A DNA stretch of 63,262 nt, counting the filler, from Squatina squatina (taxonomy: Eukaryota): NCBI GenBank assembly GCA_031763465.1. It is 4 parts of 4 records of this genome, joined end to end, with 100 filler letters (N's around TTAATTAATTAA, not from the genome) between each part and the next. Parts side by side here need not be neighbours in the genome. Positions count along the whole stretch, not along the records: positions 1 to 21,592 come from JARFOE010000004.1; 3 more parts are not named here. The stretch is one strand, 5' to 3'. Positions 1-14,500 of the stretch are shown here, in pieces. The notes beneath the pieces were generated by a model. The model worked only from the letters and a program-made list of their open reading frames with translations. It was not told the DNA's origin and did not search any database. Both the position numbers and the translations under genes were made by a program. Numbering within the stretch: position 1 is the stretch's first letter; each line of letters begins with the position of its first letter.

Positions 1-499
1 TCCACATATTCTATGAAAATGGGATGTTTCACAGTCAAAGCCAGACTGTGCACATTGCTAAAAAAAAATCATACGCTCTTAAATCGTTGAACGGAAAACA
101 GATGTTTGTAAACTCGGGTAGTCACCTGGCGGTTGGCTGGTTGATGGAATCTACAGTTTAAAGATAACTGAAATTCCTTTTCTATTGTGTGAACTACACA
201 GATTCCTAAAGATACACGGATGGTACTCGTGTCTAATACAGTGCATCCACTATATGCATATGTCCTATATTCAAATGCAAATAATTAAAATGAAGGAAAT
301 TTAAACACGATTATTTTGTGTTGCCTGTGACTTGCCGAAAACTTGAATAACCGCCTTTGATCACTCAGATAAAGAAACGGCAATTTAGATTAGTTAAAAT
401 TGTTTATATAACCTCATCCGCTCCACATATTTGAAGGGAATGTCTGGTGAATGCGAAGCTGGGTTTATGCTTTATGATTTGTTTAATGTTCGGCAGCAA

Positions 500-760
500 A
501 TATAAAACGTGCTACAACGTGCAGTTATATATAGCGCTTTTAGAAAAACCTCCGAAGAAATCCGTAATTCACGCTGGATCTTAAGCCTATGGCATTTTAC
601 CTGTCGGAGTTTACCAGTGCAGTGGTGGACGTTACTGTCACGTACAATGTACCGATCAGCCCGTTTAGATTTGAGCTCCGTGGTCTCTTGCCAACGCGCT
701 GAAAGCTGAGGAGGCGGGGGTGAGTGGCGGGCGGGGGGCGAGGACTTCCCTCCCTTTTCT
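500..760. promoter_or_regulatory. CpG-enriched, GC-box-rich promoter-like segment
   Basis: Local CpG enrichment in AT-rich flanks; GGCGGG/GGGCGG boxes at about 711-741; donor-like sites on both strands (GTGAGT at 720 on +, CAG|GTAAAA at 600 on -). Gene not identified. Confidence 0.35.
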
Positions 761-3700
761 CTCTTGGTGGCATTTGAAAATGTAAAGCTTTGAATACCAA
801 TTGCTTGAACTGGACATATGTGAATCTCCTCTAATCCTACTAATCTGGTCCCTGAGAGCTTCTTTGTACGAAGCACACATAGATCTAAGCGAAAGTAGCC
901 CAGGATCCTGGAAATCTTTCAAAAGTGGCCCAGTGTGAGAGAGTTGACAAGGGGGACAGGCTCCTGGGAGAGATGCTGCTGGAATCTCCATTGTCTCAGC
1001 AGGACATTAGGGAATCTTCTCACCCACTCCCAACTAGCCCAGGAAAGAAAATCCACCTAGCAGGGAAGCATACACAGAGACTGCACACTGCACACATGGA
1101 GTGAATCCACACAGCGAGAAGGAAAACTGGCGGTATTTGGGGCACGGGTTGTGCTGGAGAGGACGGCCCAGTACTTTCTGGCTGGCAGAAAGGGGCATTT
1201 GAGCAAAACTAACACTCTGGTTCACCATCAAAGGCATTATAGGCGTGTATGCTTGAACTGAAAGGCTTCAGAAATATAATCAACTACAAAGTGAAACAAA
1301 CAACCGGAAGAGAACGCACTTAATAATGTGAAGTTTGGACTATATCTGAAGTAGTAAAACATCCCTTGCTGAATTATATATATTTGTAAGTTTGTTGATG
1401 CAGTTTAACGCATAAATTAACAGTTCTTCAACCACAATGACCTCTGCACAAACATATATTGTGTTTGGGTGGAGTTTTGGTTTTCCGTGCCCTTCAAAGG
1501 AATATAAATGGAGCTGCAATACCGACCTATGTACCTCCAGACACTGGCCGCGGGCCACTGATACCCGCCTAGGTTTTAAACATGTCACTGTGATTCTAAG
1601 TACATTGCTGTCCATAATTCAGACCGAAACTAAGGTAGGATAGATTTTAAATGCAGCCCCACCCAAATGTACCAGCACTAAGATTCTGTCAACAGATCTT
1701 CTACCGCCCCCCAAAAAAACAGCGAAACGCTGGTATTGAAATGTTAAATTGGTGAGCATATTGAGAGGGGCACATTTCACATTTAATTCGATTCATGTAT
1801 CTATTAATCTGCCCATCCGCCGCGCACATACATCTGAAAACAATCCGTCGTGTTAATGCCTGAGACTTCTGCAATTTTAAAGAATTTTATGAAAATGTTG
1901 TGNNNNNNNNNNNNNNNNNNNNNNNNNNNNNNNNNNNNNNNNNNNNNNNNNNNNNNNNNNNNNNNNNNNNNNNNNNNNNNNNNNNNNNNNNNNNNNNNNN
2001 NNCTGCCGGAGGATGTCCACAGAAAGACAAGAAAACGTTTTTGTAGTTTTGTTTCTGTGGCGTCAGGAATGTGGGCCGCTACTTGTTTGGGTTCATGCTC
2101 CTCTGCTTCTCCCCGCCCCGTAACCAGGACCTACAGGTGGACCGGTTCAGCGTCCGAACCGACCAAAATTCCCGAAGTTCCGACTGGTTTGAGCCTCTCG
2201 CCGACGTCCTTGGGGATGCCTTGGGATTGTGCCGCCAATTTCCCCTAGAAACCGGCACGAGTTGAATTTCCCCCCCCCCCAAATATTTTAAGGTTTACTC
2301 CTATTTCTGCGTGGCTGGAGGAATGCATATTAATGGCTGTATTAACGATATTTTGAATTTACCAATAAATTATATAGGAATGGAAAGACAACCAATACAT
2401 TCTGGAAATCAGAAATGAAAATAGAAAATGAAGGCACCGCACACTGGGTCTACAAAGACAGGTTAACGTTCAGGGAGGACATATAACAAATACCAAGCCA
2501 CCTTTCGCTCCCAGTTCCTGGTTTGCCTGCTGTACTGTACCAGCATGTTCCATTTTAATTTAGATTGAAATATTGATAATTTTGGTGAATCCATGAGACT
2601 AAACCCATCAAACTTGTAGAAAATTCCAATAAATGCACGCAAAATAATGTTTGAGAATAATCCAAGGGGCAATTTATACACAAATGCAATGAATTAGCTA
2701 ACTAAGTAGCATGCCATGTAGCAGATATAGTGACAGAATGATTAAACCTTGATAAAACAGCAACACAAAATAAACACAAATAGGAGGATTGTTATGTCCC
2801 CCAAATCCAAGAAATTTGATTGGTTCATGATGCAACATCCATTTGCCTCTTTCCTTGACAGCTGAAGCCAAATCTGTGTATGAGATACAGCTCTGAGCTA
2901 GCCTGCATCCCAGTCCCTACTGTTTAACTGTCCTTTCAAACCAGCCAATTGTCCATCTCTTTTTGGTTCCTTTCTATATTCCTTTCAGTGCTACAACCTC
3001 TATTCTGCTTTGTATGTAGCTTGGCATTTGGTTCATCCACTTCCAATGTGCTCATGTGACCAGAAAATGAAGGTTTTCATCTCAACTCCCTGAGGAGGCT
3101 GATAAAAAAAGCCATGGAAGGACCCGAAACCTCATAGAGNNNNNNNNNNNNNNNNNNNNNNNNNNNNNNNNNNNNNNNNNNNNNNNNNNNNNNNNNNNNN
3201 NNNNNNNNNNNNNNNNNNNNNNNNNNNNNNNNNNNNNNNNNNNNNNNNNNNNNNNNNNNNNNNNNNNNNNNNNNNNNNNNNNNNNNNNNNNNNNNNNNNN
3301 NNNNNNNNNNNNNNNNNNNNNNNNNNNNNNNNNNNNNNNNNNNNNNNNNNNNNNNNNNNNNNNNNNNNNNNNNNNNNNNNNNNNNNNNNNNNNNNNNNNN
3401 NNNNNNNNNNNNNNNNNNNNNNNNNNNNGGTTCAGCCTCTTAATCATTAAACCTCTTTAAAGCAGTAAAATGGCCACCCATTGTCATGGTCACTCTGATG
3501 GAGCCATTAGATATGCTGAAAGGAGAGTATTTTATGAAGGGCACTAAAACAGGACATAAGGATAGGTGCCAAAATTCAAAAGGTAAATTGATCGAGAATC
3601 ATTAAAAGAGAAGGCAATCCCAAGTTAGATTATTTCAGTGTTTTTTTCCTGCAAGTCAAATATGCATCAGCCAAAACATATATCCACAGTTTAGATTTTT

Positions 3701-5084
3701 CTTTCCCCAGTTGTCAATCATTACTTTACTTTCCAAATTATCTTTGAGGCTCTGTTATCTATACCAGTGTCTGTCAGTGCTTAAACATGTGTAGCTCTTT
3801 GGTTTTTTAAAAAGTTTATTTTAAACTCATCTCGGTGCAGTTTAAGCAAAGTCATCTCAGTTTGAGATAATTCTATAGGTCTGCAAAACTTTCACATTAG
3901 AATGTAACATAAAAATCTTTTTGAGTTAAGCATTGTCAGGAAAAAACACACAGTTTGCCACCTGCAGCCTTATAACAGAAAGAGTTTATTATATATCACC
4001 TGTAACCCTGTACCATTAAAAACATATAAAACACTACCCGCAAATAGCACAAACACCACCTCTAGTCACTAATGATATGCAATATACCACAAATGTTATA
4101 CAATATATCATCTCTACCTTTATATCACAAAATAACTTCTGTAGTCTAATATCACACTATAATTTTTAACATACATATATAATTTATAAAAAAAATAGCA
4201 AGAAGAGCCTACTTTAAAACTAATCTTGAATCTTGAATATTGACTATTGCAAAGCTGCATTGAACTACTTGGGAATTTTGTTTTTATTGCAGTCTGTTAC
4301 ATTCTTCCTCTGCTAATCCCAAGCCACTATTTTATCAATGTCCTTTCAAATGGTGGGACTTTTTTTTTGCCTTGGGCGCACCATAGCAAATCAGAAAACA
4401 AACTAACAGATACAAAAGAATATGCTCTACTCCTCTGAAACACATCATCTTAGCTTCCATTGTCTGAGGCTTACTTCNNNNNNNNNNNNNNNNNACAGTA
4501 ACTAATTACAAATCTGCTTCTCTGAGAAAGAATTATTTAATAGTGATGTAAGCCCCTTTTATGCTTCAGAGCTTGGCCTTTTGCTACTCAACTTCTGGTA
4601 GATGTTCGGCCCCGAGGTCATACTGTACAAACTCTGAACGTTGGTGGCCATCTCTCCTTTCTGAAATGTTTCATTGGAGCTGAACAAGGAGGTTGTGCCT
4701 CAGCAGGTCCCTTAAACAAAAGCCTTGGAGGAAAGATTGCAAATGGATTATCATGTCAGGAATTCAACATAAAAATCTCACTTCATGTGCTACATTTCAT
4801 GTTATGTTATTTTATTTAAGTGTTAAATGTTCTGATAAATATAAAAATACATTCAACTCGGTTTCCATTCTGCAGATTTTTTTTGGTAATCACCCAAAAA
4901 ATGCCCTGACACTGTCGCAATTAAGCTGTAAAAATTTAGCTTTACTATTGTTTAGGATGTCACTGCAAACTTCTTAATCATGCCCCCTACAATTAAGTCT
5001 AAATCATTGATATAGACCACAAAAAGCAAGGGACCTAGTACTGAGGACTGCTAACGTTGTACTGCGGAAACAACCTTCCAGTCA

Positions 5085-5302
5085 CAAAACACACTCATCA
5101 ACCATTTCCCTTTGCTTCCTGCCACTGAGCCAGTTTTGGATCCAACTTGCCACTTTCCCTTGAATCTCATGGGCTTTTACTTTTCTGACCAGTCTGCAAT
5201 GTGGGACCTTGTCAAAAGCCTTGATAAAATCCATGCAGACTACATCAAACGCACTCCCCTCATCAAAAATTCAATCAAGTTAGTTAGACATGGCCTTCCC
5301 TT
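5085..5302 (-). mobile_element. CR1-type LINE reverse transcriptase fragment (decayed)
   Basis: Minus translation gives KGRPCLTNLIEF and DFIKAFDKVPH...WIQNWLSGRKQR, typical CR1 RT motifs; runs into a gap. Confidence 0.85.
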
Positions 5303-8300
5303 NNNNNNNNNNNNNNNNNNNNNNNNNNNNNNNNNNNNNNNNNNNNNNNNNNNNNNNNNNNNNNNNNNNNNNNNNNNNNNNNNNNNNNNNNNNNNNNNNN
5401 NNNNNNNNNNNNNNNNNNNNNNNNNNNNNNNNNNNNNNNNNNNNNNNNNNNNNNNNNNNNNNNNNNNNNNNNNNNNNNNNNNNNNNNNNNNNNNNNNNNN
5501 NNNNNNNNNNNNNNNNNNNNNNNNNNNNNNNNNNNNNNNNNNNNNNNNNNNNNNNNNNNNNNNNNNNNNNNNNNNNNNNNNNNNNNNNNNNNNNNNNNNN
5601 NNNNNNNNNNNNNNNNNNNNNNNNNNNNNNNNNNNNNNNNNNNNNNNNNNNNNNNNNNNNNNNNNNNNNNNNNNNNNNNNNNNNNNNNNNNNNNNNNNNN
5701 NNNNNNNNNNNNNNNNNNNNNNNNNNNNNNNNNNNNNNNNNNNNNNNNNNNNNNNNNNNNNNNNNNNNNNNNNNNNNNNNNNNNNNNNNNNNNNNNNNNN
5801 NNNNNNNNNNNNNNNNNNNNNNNNNNNNNNNNNNNNNNNNNNNNNNNNNNNNNNNNNNNNNNNNNNNNNNNNNNNNNNNNNNNNNNNNNNNNNNNNNNNN
5901 NNNNNNNNNNNNNNNNNNNNNNNNNNNNNNNNNNNNNNNNNNNNNNNNNNNNNNNNNNNNNNNNNNNNNNNNNNNNNNNNNNNNNNNNNNNNNNNNNNNN
6001 NNNNNNNNNNNNNNNNNNNNNNNNNNNNNNNNNNNNNNNNNNNNNNNNNNNNNNNNNNNNNNNNNNNNNNNNNNNNNNNNNNNNNNNNNNNNNNNNNNNN
6101 NNNNNNNNNNNNNNNNNNNNNNNNNNNNNNNNNNNNNNNNNNNNNNNNNNNNNNNNNNNNNNNNNNNNNNNNNNNNNNNNNNNNNNNNNNNNNNNNNNNN
6201 NNNNNNNNNNNNNNAAGACTGTCTAATATTGTCATAGTGCAGTCTCCAACTGTTTGTAAACTGGAATGGGAAGAAGGGAGCTAGCTAAAGCACAAGGGAA
6301 TCAGCCTGAAGTCCCCTATTCCACAATAGAAACTGCTGGGGATCGCACGAAGGCCATTAACAGACAGATTATGTAATTGCTTGTGTTACAGCTTTCAAAT
6401 TCAAATAGCACTCATAGAATTGAGGCCTCCAGTGGGAATTACTGCCCTAGGTCAGCGAACCTGAACATGTAAATTTCATAATCTATCCGCTAATGAGCAA
6501 CAATTGTAAAATGCTTATGACTAGGCATGCAAGAGAACATTGCGTAGAAAATTCTTGGCGTACAGGTCTGCTGTCAGTAAAACCAGGTCAAAGGGCATGT
6601 CTATCCTAACATCAAGGGCATTTGGGTCATTTCAGGGCAAGGAAAACTTCTGAATGACTCACTTTAAAGGTGAACTTGAAATATCGATTGAAATATAGAT
6701 TGAAATATAAACGTTACTCTTGGACAAACAGCCTGAAATCTGAAGGCGTTGAAAGCACCTGCGTGCTGAGGTACAATGTGTTGACTTTGACCCCTTCCCT
6801 GCANNNNNNNNNNNNNNNNNNNNNNNNNNNNNNNNNNNNNNNNNNNNNNNNNNNNNNNNNNNNNNNNNNNNNNNNNNNNNNNNNNNNNNNNNNNNNNNNN
6901 NNNGTTTTAACAGGAGGCACCCTTCCTGCAGCAGGACCTTCAAGGTGGAGGGGGAGCTGGTCGCACATTTCTTGCACACGTTGTTGAGATGTGCTCAGAA
7001 ACTTCTAATTTTTCAGTGATTTTGCAGCACCCTTGACCAAGCAAAAACTACTCTTCTCTTTAATGGTGAGCTGCTGCCCCACTGGGTTTCTCAGCCTGCC
7101 AGCCAATCATGGTCGTGCACAGGTTCCCTGCACGCGTTTGCCATTCACTGGGGACTATTTCAATGAGTAGAAGGGTCTGGCCTCACCAAATGTGACGAGA
7201 CCAGTGCTCTGCACCCTTACTGCGAGCCTACTTGTGTCATCAATGGCGCCTGCACAAATTTTGAAAAATCAAGGCTACATTTTACTGCTCACTGGATAAT
7301 CTTTAAAGAGTCAAATCTTAAACTGTCACTGTCTCTATGAAAAAGGTATTTGATAAACTTTTGTTGTTTGGGGTGGGATAATGAAAGAAGAGCCAAGTAT
7401 GCTTTTGAACATAATGATAACATGCACAAAAAGGACAATGATGTGTTATCCTATGATTTATCTTATTAACATTCTAAAATTATAAATTATTTACATAGAG
7501 TATTTTTGGTGGCGTACATATCACTCAGTAGTTCAAAATTCATTGGGTTAAACTAAGAGGCAAGCACAAAAAAGCCACAGCCTATGGAGAATTAGAGACA
7601 CTGGCTGGGAGTTCACTTCGAAATGAGCAGGCAGGAGAGGATATAACCTCCAGTTTTACTGCCAATCACTTTCATCCTGTTATTTTGCAATTCAAAGCTA
7701 ATAGTTTAACCACTGCTCACTGATTATTACTAATGAAGCTCAGAGTCTACCTCCATAATGTTCATACTGCTCTCTCCAGAGACGGCTCCAATTGACCTTA
7801 ACATATCATTGCATCTTTTAAACACCTACTTGTGGAAGGGTGCCATTAGGCAGTCAGGTGAAATAACCCTGTCAGAAGAGGAGCCAGCGTGAAAGGTCAG
7901 CCCTATAAGAACACGCTCATTAGAGCTGTGTGCCTTCCTTTCCACAGAGCAGGGTAAATGTTCAACCANNNNNNNNNNNNNNNNNNNNNNNNNNNNNNNN
8001 NNNNNNNNNNNNNNNNNNNNNNNNNNNNNNNNNNNNNNNNNNNNNNNNNNNNNNNNNNNNNNNNNNNNNNNNNNNNNNNNNNNNNNNNNNNNNNNNNNNN
8101 NNNNNNNNNNNNNNNNNNNNNNNNNNNNNNNNNNNNNNNNNNNNNNNNNNNNNNNNNNNNNNNNNNNNNNNNNNNNNNNNNNNNNNNNNNNNNNNNNNNN
8201 NNNNNNNNNNNNNNNNNNNNNNNNNNNNNNNNNNNNNNNNNNNNNNNNNNNNNNNNNNNNNNNNNNNNNNNNNNNNNNNNNNNNNNNNNNNNNNNNNNNN

Positions 8301-9289
8301 NNNNNNNNNNNNNGCAAGAAGATGTTTTTGTTTTGCATACTTTTACTAAACATCAGTCTCCAAATACATTGTGGTCATAAAATGCTAAACTGGAAAGTTA
8401 AGCTTCACTCAAATGTGCATTTGGGCAAGACTTTTTCCAGCAAAGAAATGCAAATGTAATTCATTGGTAGTTTCAATTTATATGAATCCTGTCCGTAATG
8501 CGAAGAATTTATTGGATTTTGCATAACAGTGAAATCCAAGTTTGATCTAGGTATTGGAACACAGAAAATACTTTTTGCTGCTCATTAGCAAGTTAAAAAT
8601 AATAGTGGCACTACCAACTAAACTACAGAATTAAACATCCACCATTTCAATAGGGATTTCTTTTATATGTGCTATAAATTATAGTTACTGCCTCATTACA
8701 TAAACACATTTAAATAATGGTATAATTAGAATACACATTGGAAACTTGTTTGTGCAATTGATGTCATTTTTCTACCAGTAACATATGGTGCATGAAATCC
8801 TTTAAATGAACACAATGGCTTTTCCATCCTGCTGCAACCAGGGCAGGAGGTAATGGCAGCAGGGAAAAGGCTTGCATTTAGCAAAATCAAATGAATAAAC
8901 TGTGGCACCCCCTGCTGTTCGTTGCCACATCCAAAGATTTAGTGTGAGTTCATGGTTTTCCCAACCTTCAAAAAATGGGGAACAAAAGACAACTGAAATG
9001 ACAACTGAAAATGTCAGAAATGCAGGGCCAAGTCAATCAGCATCCAAGAGAGCGAGAGGTTAATGGTTTGGGTGAGACCTTGCACCAAAACTCTGAGGTA
9101 GGGTGGCACTGAAAATGCAAACCGCTTTTTTATTTTCTGACACCAACTAACCTTTCCTGCTGTACATTTCCAGTTTTATTTTCAGGTTGCCTCCGTCCAT
9201 GGTTTTCCTTTATCCTGAAAAAAAAAATGATTGTATTAAGCAGAGAATGTGCTGATCAGGTGCTTCCTTCTCCCTTTCCCGCTTCTCTC

Positions 9290-9566
9290 CTGAATGCAAT
9301 GGCTGGCCTCCCACCTTACTCCCTCTGTAAACTTGAGCTCATCCAGAACTCTCAACCCATAATTCACACCATGTCCTGTTCACCTATTACCCCTGGCTCC
9401 CGATCAGGCAACACCTCGATTTTAAAATTCTCATTCTTGTGTTCCGATCCCCTCATGGCCTCACCCCTCCCTATCTCTGTAATCTCCTTCAGCCCCACAA
9501 CAGCATTCCCCCCCGCCCCCACTCCACCCCCCACCCCACCAAGATAACTGCGCTCCTTCAATTCTG
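9290..9566 (+). mobile_element. L2-type LINE 3' ORF2 fragment
   Basis: AGLPPYSLCKLELIQNS...SPITP and LHGLTPPYLCNLLQP motifs of the L2 C-terminus; same family as 38600-38985. Confidence 0.75.
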
Positions 9567-11339
9567 NNNNNNNNNNNNNNNNNNNNNNNNNNNNNNNNNN
9601 NNNNNNNNNNNNNNNNNNNNNNNNNNNNNNNNNNNNNNNNNNNNNNNNNNNNNNNNNNNNNNNNNNTATATTTGACAAAATCAGCAAGAGGCTGAAAATA
9701 AATTGTTGCAATCAAGTCATAAAGTGTTGAAGGATTTATAACGGCTTTGAACATCTAAGCCTCACTGGTATTTAATGTTTTCTTTCTGAAGGCAATTTAT
9801 GCTAATAGTTTTCTAACATTGCTTTAAGATTTTTTTTCCCTTTATAGTATTTTTCTTTCACTGACAGCTGAACAATGTCTTAGTTAACAGCTTTTAAAAT
9901 AATGGTTTTTTCCCTCTTAAATGCACTTTTCTTCTGCTTAAACGCTATAAAATGTATTATCCGCCCTGTTGTACTAGAAATAATCAGGCTGCAATGAACA
10001 ATTTATCTCCCTAATGTGCTATAGGAACATAACTTGTTATAGCAGAAAGCAAAGGGAAATGGACAAGTGTTAATCAGAAAATATGATAGACAGATTGCGT
10101 AAATCTGTTGCTTGAGTAAATGGAAGTAGCACATGCCCATCTCCTTCCCTGTGCCCCGACAAAAGGGTCAGACTGTGTACCTAGTGACAGAAGGGAGAAG
10201 AACGGAGGCATATGGGCCCCAGTCCTGCTCCCTGCTGACACACTATCTTGCTGTAAGCCCCCCTCTGCCAGCTCTCTGAACAAAGCAGATTGCAATGCCC
10301 CTTCTTTCCCATCTGCATTCTGCTGCCCATGCCCCCACAATGCCGAGAACATGTCACTTTCATTGGGAGAAACNNNNNNNNNNNNNNNNNNNNNNNNNNN
10401 NNNNNNNNNNNNNNNNNNNNNNNNNNNNNNNNNNNNNNNNNNNNNNNNNNNNNNNNNNNNNNNNNNNNNNNNNNNNNNNNNNNNNNNNNNNNNNNNNNNN
10501 NNNNNNNNNNNNNNNNNNNNNNNNNNNNNNNNNNNNNNNNNNNNNNNNNNNNNNNNNNNNNNNNNNNNNNNNNNNNNNNNNNNNNNNNNNNNNNNNNNNN
10601 NNNNNNNNNNNNNNNNNNNNNNNNNNNNNNNNNNNNNNNNNNNNNNNNNNNNNNNCATGCAAAAAAAAGTATCACTGGAGAAAGGTCACCCATTGACAAC
10701 GTGTCTAATTCAGTGCTGAATTCTAATAAGCAGCAATTACTAGTTAAATACTATTGTGATTCTGTGTAGCTGGGTTTTTAGTAAGCTATAGGGTCGTGGT
10801 TAACCTATGCATGCTCTGACTATTAAGCAACATCATTACTTGCACGATGTCCCATTCTGTTGGGAAAATCTGAGCATGACTAAATGCTTTAGATTTGTTA
10901 AAAAGGGAGAGGAGGGTCATTTATGTGCCCCTGTAGAATAAAATCCATGTAAAATCATGCATTAGAAATAAAAATACAACCTCCCATTTAATCTCAGCTT
11001 TCATAAAAGCTTTATGGTAATGTTCCAATGGAGCTCTTTGGTTTGCTGCCAGTGGGTAGCAGTACTCAATATCTGATTATTAGTTGATTAATCAATTGAA
11101 CTATTCAAGACAAGTATAGTTTGAACAATATATGTCACTAGTCATCTGAGAGTTCCAGAGAATTTTAGAAATTCTTTGAAGATCTTTTAGAATAGTTTAA
11201 AATCATAGTTAGATATTTCAAAGTGAATGGAAGATATAATTGTAAATAGACTGAAATTTCATGGAAATGATTGAACAAAGTTATCATAAGAACGCTCAGC
11301 ATGTTTATAACAACTTCCTCTCTCTGTTACTTTAACAGA

Positions 11340-11574
11340 GAAATTCAGAGAAGCTACAAAACAGAAACAGGCCATTCGGTCCAACCAGTCCGTTTCAGCA
11401 TTTAATCTCCATGCTAGCAAATCGTCCTAATCACGTTTACCCGCCCTGTTCCCATATTCTTTCAAGCCACTTTCCTTCATCCACCTATTCAATCCTGAAT
11501 GCTGACATAGTTTCTGCCTCAACTACTCACCCTGGAAGTGAATTGCACAGGCTCACAACACTTTGTGTGAAGAA
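11340..11574 (-). mobile_element. CR1 LINE 3' end fragment
   Basis: Minus translation FFTQSVVSLCNSLPG (CR1 C-terminus) followed by a CR1-type 3' UTR. Confidence 0.75.
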
Positions 11575-14500
11575 NNNNNNNNNNNNNNNNNNNNNNNNNN
11601 NNNNNNNNNNNNNNNNNNNNNNNNNNNNNNNNNNNNNNNNNNNNNNNNNNNNNNNNNNNNNNNNNNNNNNNNNNCTGGAGAATACTATTGAGAAAAAGAC
11701 AAATTTAGGACTGATCACAAGGTTCATCTTCATGTAAAGGGCGATCAACACATGCAATGGACTTCTGTGGAGGCAAGATGGCTGCTGAATGGTGCAGTCT
11801 GTGAATCCGTCGAACAAACTGGCCCGTGGTCTGTTTCTCTTACTCTAAGGTGGTTTTATTGGAACTGCCAAACCAAGTCCAAAATACTTGTATTTTTGTG
11901 TCAGACGTTCTCTATGTCAGCGGAAGAAAGAAGTACAGTTCTATCAATAGTGGAGGGGGGGGAGGGGCACGGGTATCACAATGAGTATCTTTTGTGGGCA
12001 TGTCAATTGCGCTGATGTTGTTTGGGAGCTCTGCAGATGTAACAAATGTCTGTCCATTGTGATTTATAGAGCCAAAATAACACTGGTAAAATTTAGCACA
12101 CACACATGCAAAGCACTTTAGGCATCTCCCTCAGTGCACCAACTGCCAGATATGAAGTGCACAGGCTTACCAATTTACTCTTGAGTATTTTTTCATAATC
12201 CATTGAGAATTAATTGCGTGAAGCATTGTCCCACCCTACTGACCAAAACTCCAATTAAGAAAGTTTACAGAATGAACTACAAAGGACACAAAAGGCCATG
12301 TCATCAGCCACTGTAGACAGATGCCAGTGAAGGGTCATGGTTGTTTTACAGTATGTGAAAGAGAAAGCCAGTTGTTGACCTGTACATAACCCAGGGTACC
12401 TTTAGGTTATACGTATCTCAACTGCAGGTTTATTCTCGAAGGCAGCCAACACTGATTGACTAAGGCAATTAAAATTTCAGCTAAATGCAAAGTTTTGTAA
12501 AAACTTTATGGAGTGGTTGAGTAGCTTGTGGAAATTCTTTTCATATAACACGGCATGTGGAGCGGATAGTTTTGTCTGGCATTATCTACCACCCAGGTCA
12601 TGGAGTTGAAAGGTCATGCAGAATTCAGCTATCNNNNNNNNNNNNNNNNNNNNNNNNNNNNNNNNNNNNNNNNNNNNNNNNNNNNNNNNNNNNNNNNNNN
12701 NNNNNNNNNNNNNNNNNNNNNNNNNNNNNNNNNNNNNNNNNNNNNNNNNNNNNNNNNNNNNNNNNNNNNNNNNNNNNNNNNNNNNNNNNNNNNNNNNNNN
12801 NNNNNNNNNNNNNNNNNNNNNNNNNNNNNNNNNNNNNNNNNNNNNNNNNNNNNNNNNNNNNNNNNNNNNNNNNNNNNNNNNNNNNNNNNNNNNNNNNNNN
12901 NNNNNNNNNNNNNNNNNNNNNNNNNNNNNNNNNNNNNNNNNNNNNNNNNNNNNNNNNNNNNNNNNNNNNNNNNNNNNNNNNNNNNNNNNNNNNNNNNNNN
13001 NNNNNNNNNNNNNNNNNNNNNNNNNNNNNNNNNNNNNNNNNNNNNNNNNNNNNNNNNNNNNNNNNNNNNNNNNNNNNNNNNNNNNNNNNNNNNNNNNNNN
13101 NNNNNNNNNNNNNNNNNNNNNNNNNNNNNNNNNNNNNNNNNNNNNNNNNNNNNNNNNNNNNNNNNNNNNNNNNNNNNNNNNNNNNNNNNNNNNNNNNNNN
13201 NNNNNNNNNNNNNNNNNNNNNNNNNNNNNNNNNNNNNNNNNNNNNNNNNNNNNNNNNNNNNNNNNNNNNNNNNNNNNNNNNNNNNNNNNNNNATTAAGCA
13301 AAGTTTTTATAAGATTCAGTTAATCAAAAGAATCTGATAGCTGGCGTGACAGCCATTAGGATTCTGAACAATCATTGAGACTGCTTTATTAATTCTGTGT
13401 TATAAAAGTTTGGAAGGGAAAAAAAACGAGCATCAACAATGGAATGAGTTTTGGCTAAACTCCATTTGCTAAATAAAAAATATTACTAAAAAAAATCATA
13501 AAAAGTTTGAGATCATTAAAAATATGCATTTGTGCCTGCTGGCTCACTACCATTAACACATTAAATATGGCTAGACTGTGCCCAGTTTGAAAAAAACATA
13601 GCAGGCCAGTCTGTTCCAGCATTTTTATTAGTGAGGCTTGTTAAACCTGATTATTAAATGTTAAAACTCTGCCATGAGCAATTGTCATTGGTTCTTAAAC
13701 AGAGATGGAGGGCTGAGAAGAGGACTTGATTTTTCACTGCACTACCTTGAGCAGTGTTTGGTCCGTTTTGTTTGAGGCACAGAGTAACATTTACTGCCAC
13801 CAATTGCATATTAATGAGACAGTTTAAATGTATCTCTGCAGTGATTTTTGCACTGATGTGCCAGAATTTGCTGGGATATTGNNNNNNNNNNNNNNNNNNN
13901 NNNNNNNNNNNNNNNNNNNNNNNNNNNNNNNNNNNNNNNNNNNNNNNNNNNNNNNNNNNNNNNNNNNNNNNNNNNNNNNNNGTAGAATGACAACATTCCC
14001 CCAACACCAAGCAGATATTTCACTTTTCAATCTTTTTTTCAGCAGATAGAAGTTAAAAGTTGATTGTCAGTTCGCAAGAAGTAAAAGCACAGGTAACGGG
14101 CAACTTTCAGTTTTCTAAGATGCGAATGTCCTTGAATCCAGTGTGATCTTATAATGCTGGATTTGAAGAGCTTGAACAGTGTGATGTCTTGTTACTGTTT
14201 TGTGAGCATGGAGATTTGCTGGTTTCTTTATAGCCAAGGTTTACAGCCAGGGTTCTGTATTTCCAACAGAATCTTTAAGCCTCGGTTTTACCATATGGGT
14301 TTATGGCTCTTTGCTGCCTCTAAGTGGCAATTCTTAGGGCTGTAAATACTGCAAATAAGACAGTGGCGTTACTTACATGTCACAAGATGACCTGTGATAT
14401 TTATGAGAAACTATGAATAAAGAACAGAAAATTTATAACAATAAAGATAAATGCTTCGAAGGCATTAAAATACTTTAAAAGTTCTGTTTCTGGAAAACTA

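Noticed and set aside
665-1237. Minus-strand ORFs of 108 and 67 aa
   Set aside because: Same frame but separated by two stops; no recognisable family, although the ATG at 991 has a good Kozak context.
2003-2270. CpG-rich possible first exon (considered GINM1 by synteny)
   Set aside because: No frame gives both a start codon and a convincing signal peptide.
10074-10373. GC-richer block open on both strands
   Set aside because: No recognisable homology, and one end lies in a gap.
5112-13337. Long ORFs full of X in the ORF track
   Set aside because: They only span N gaps.
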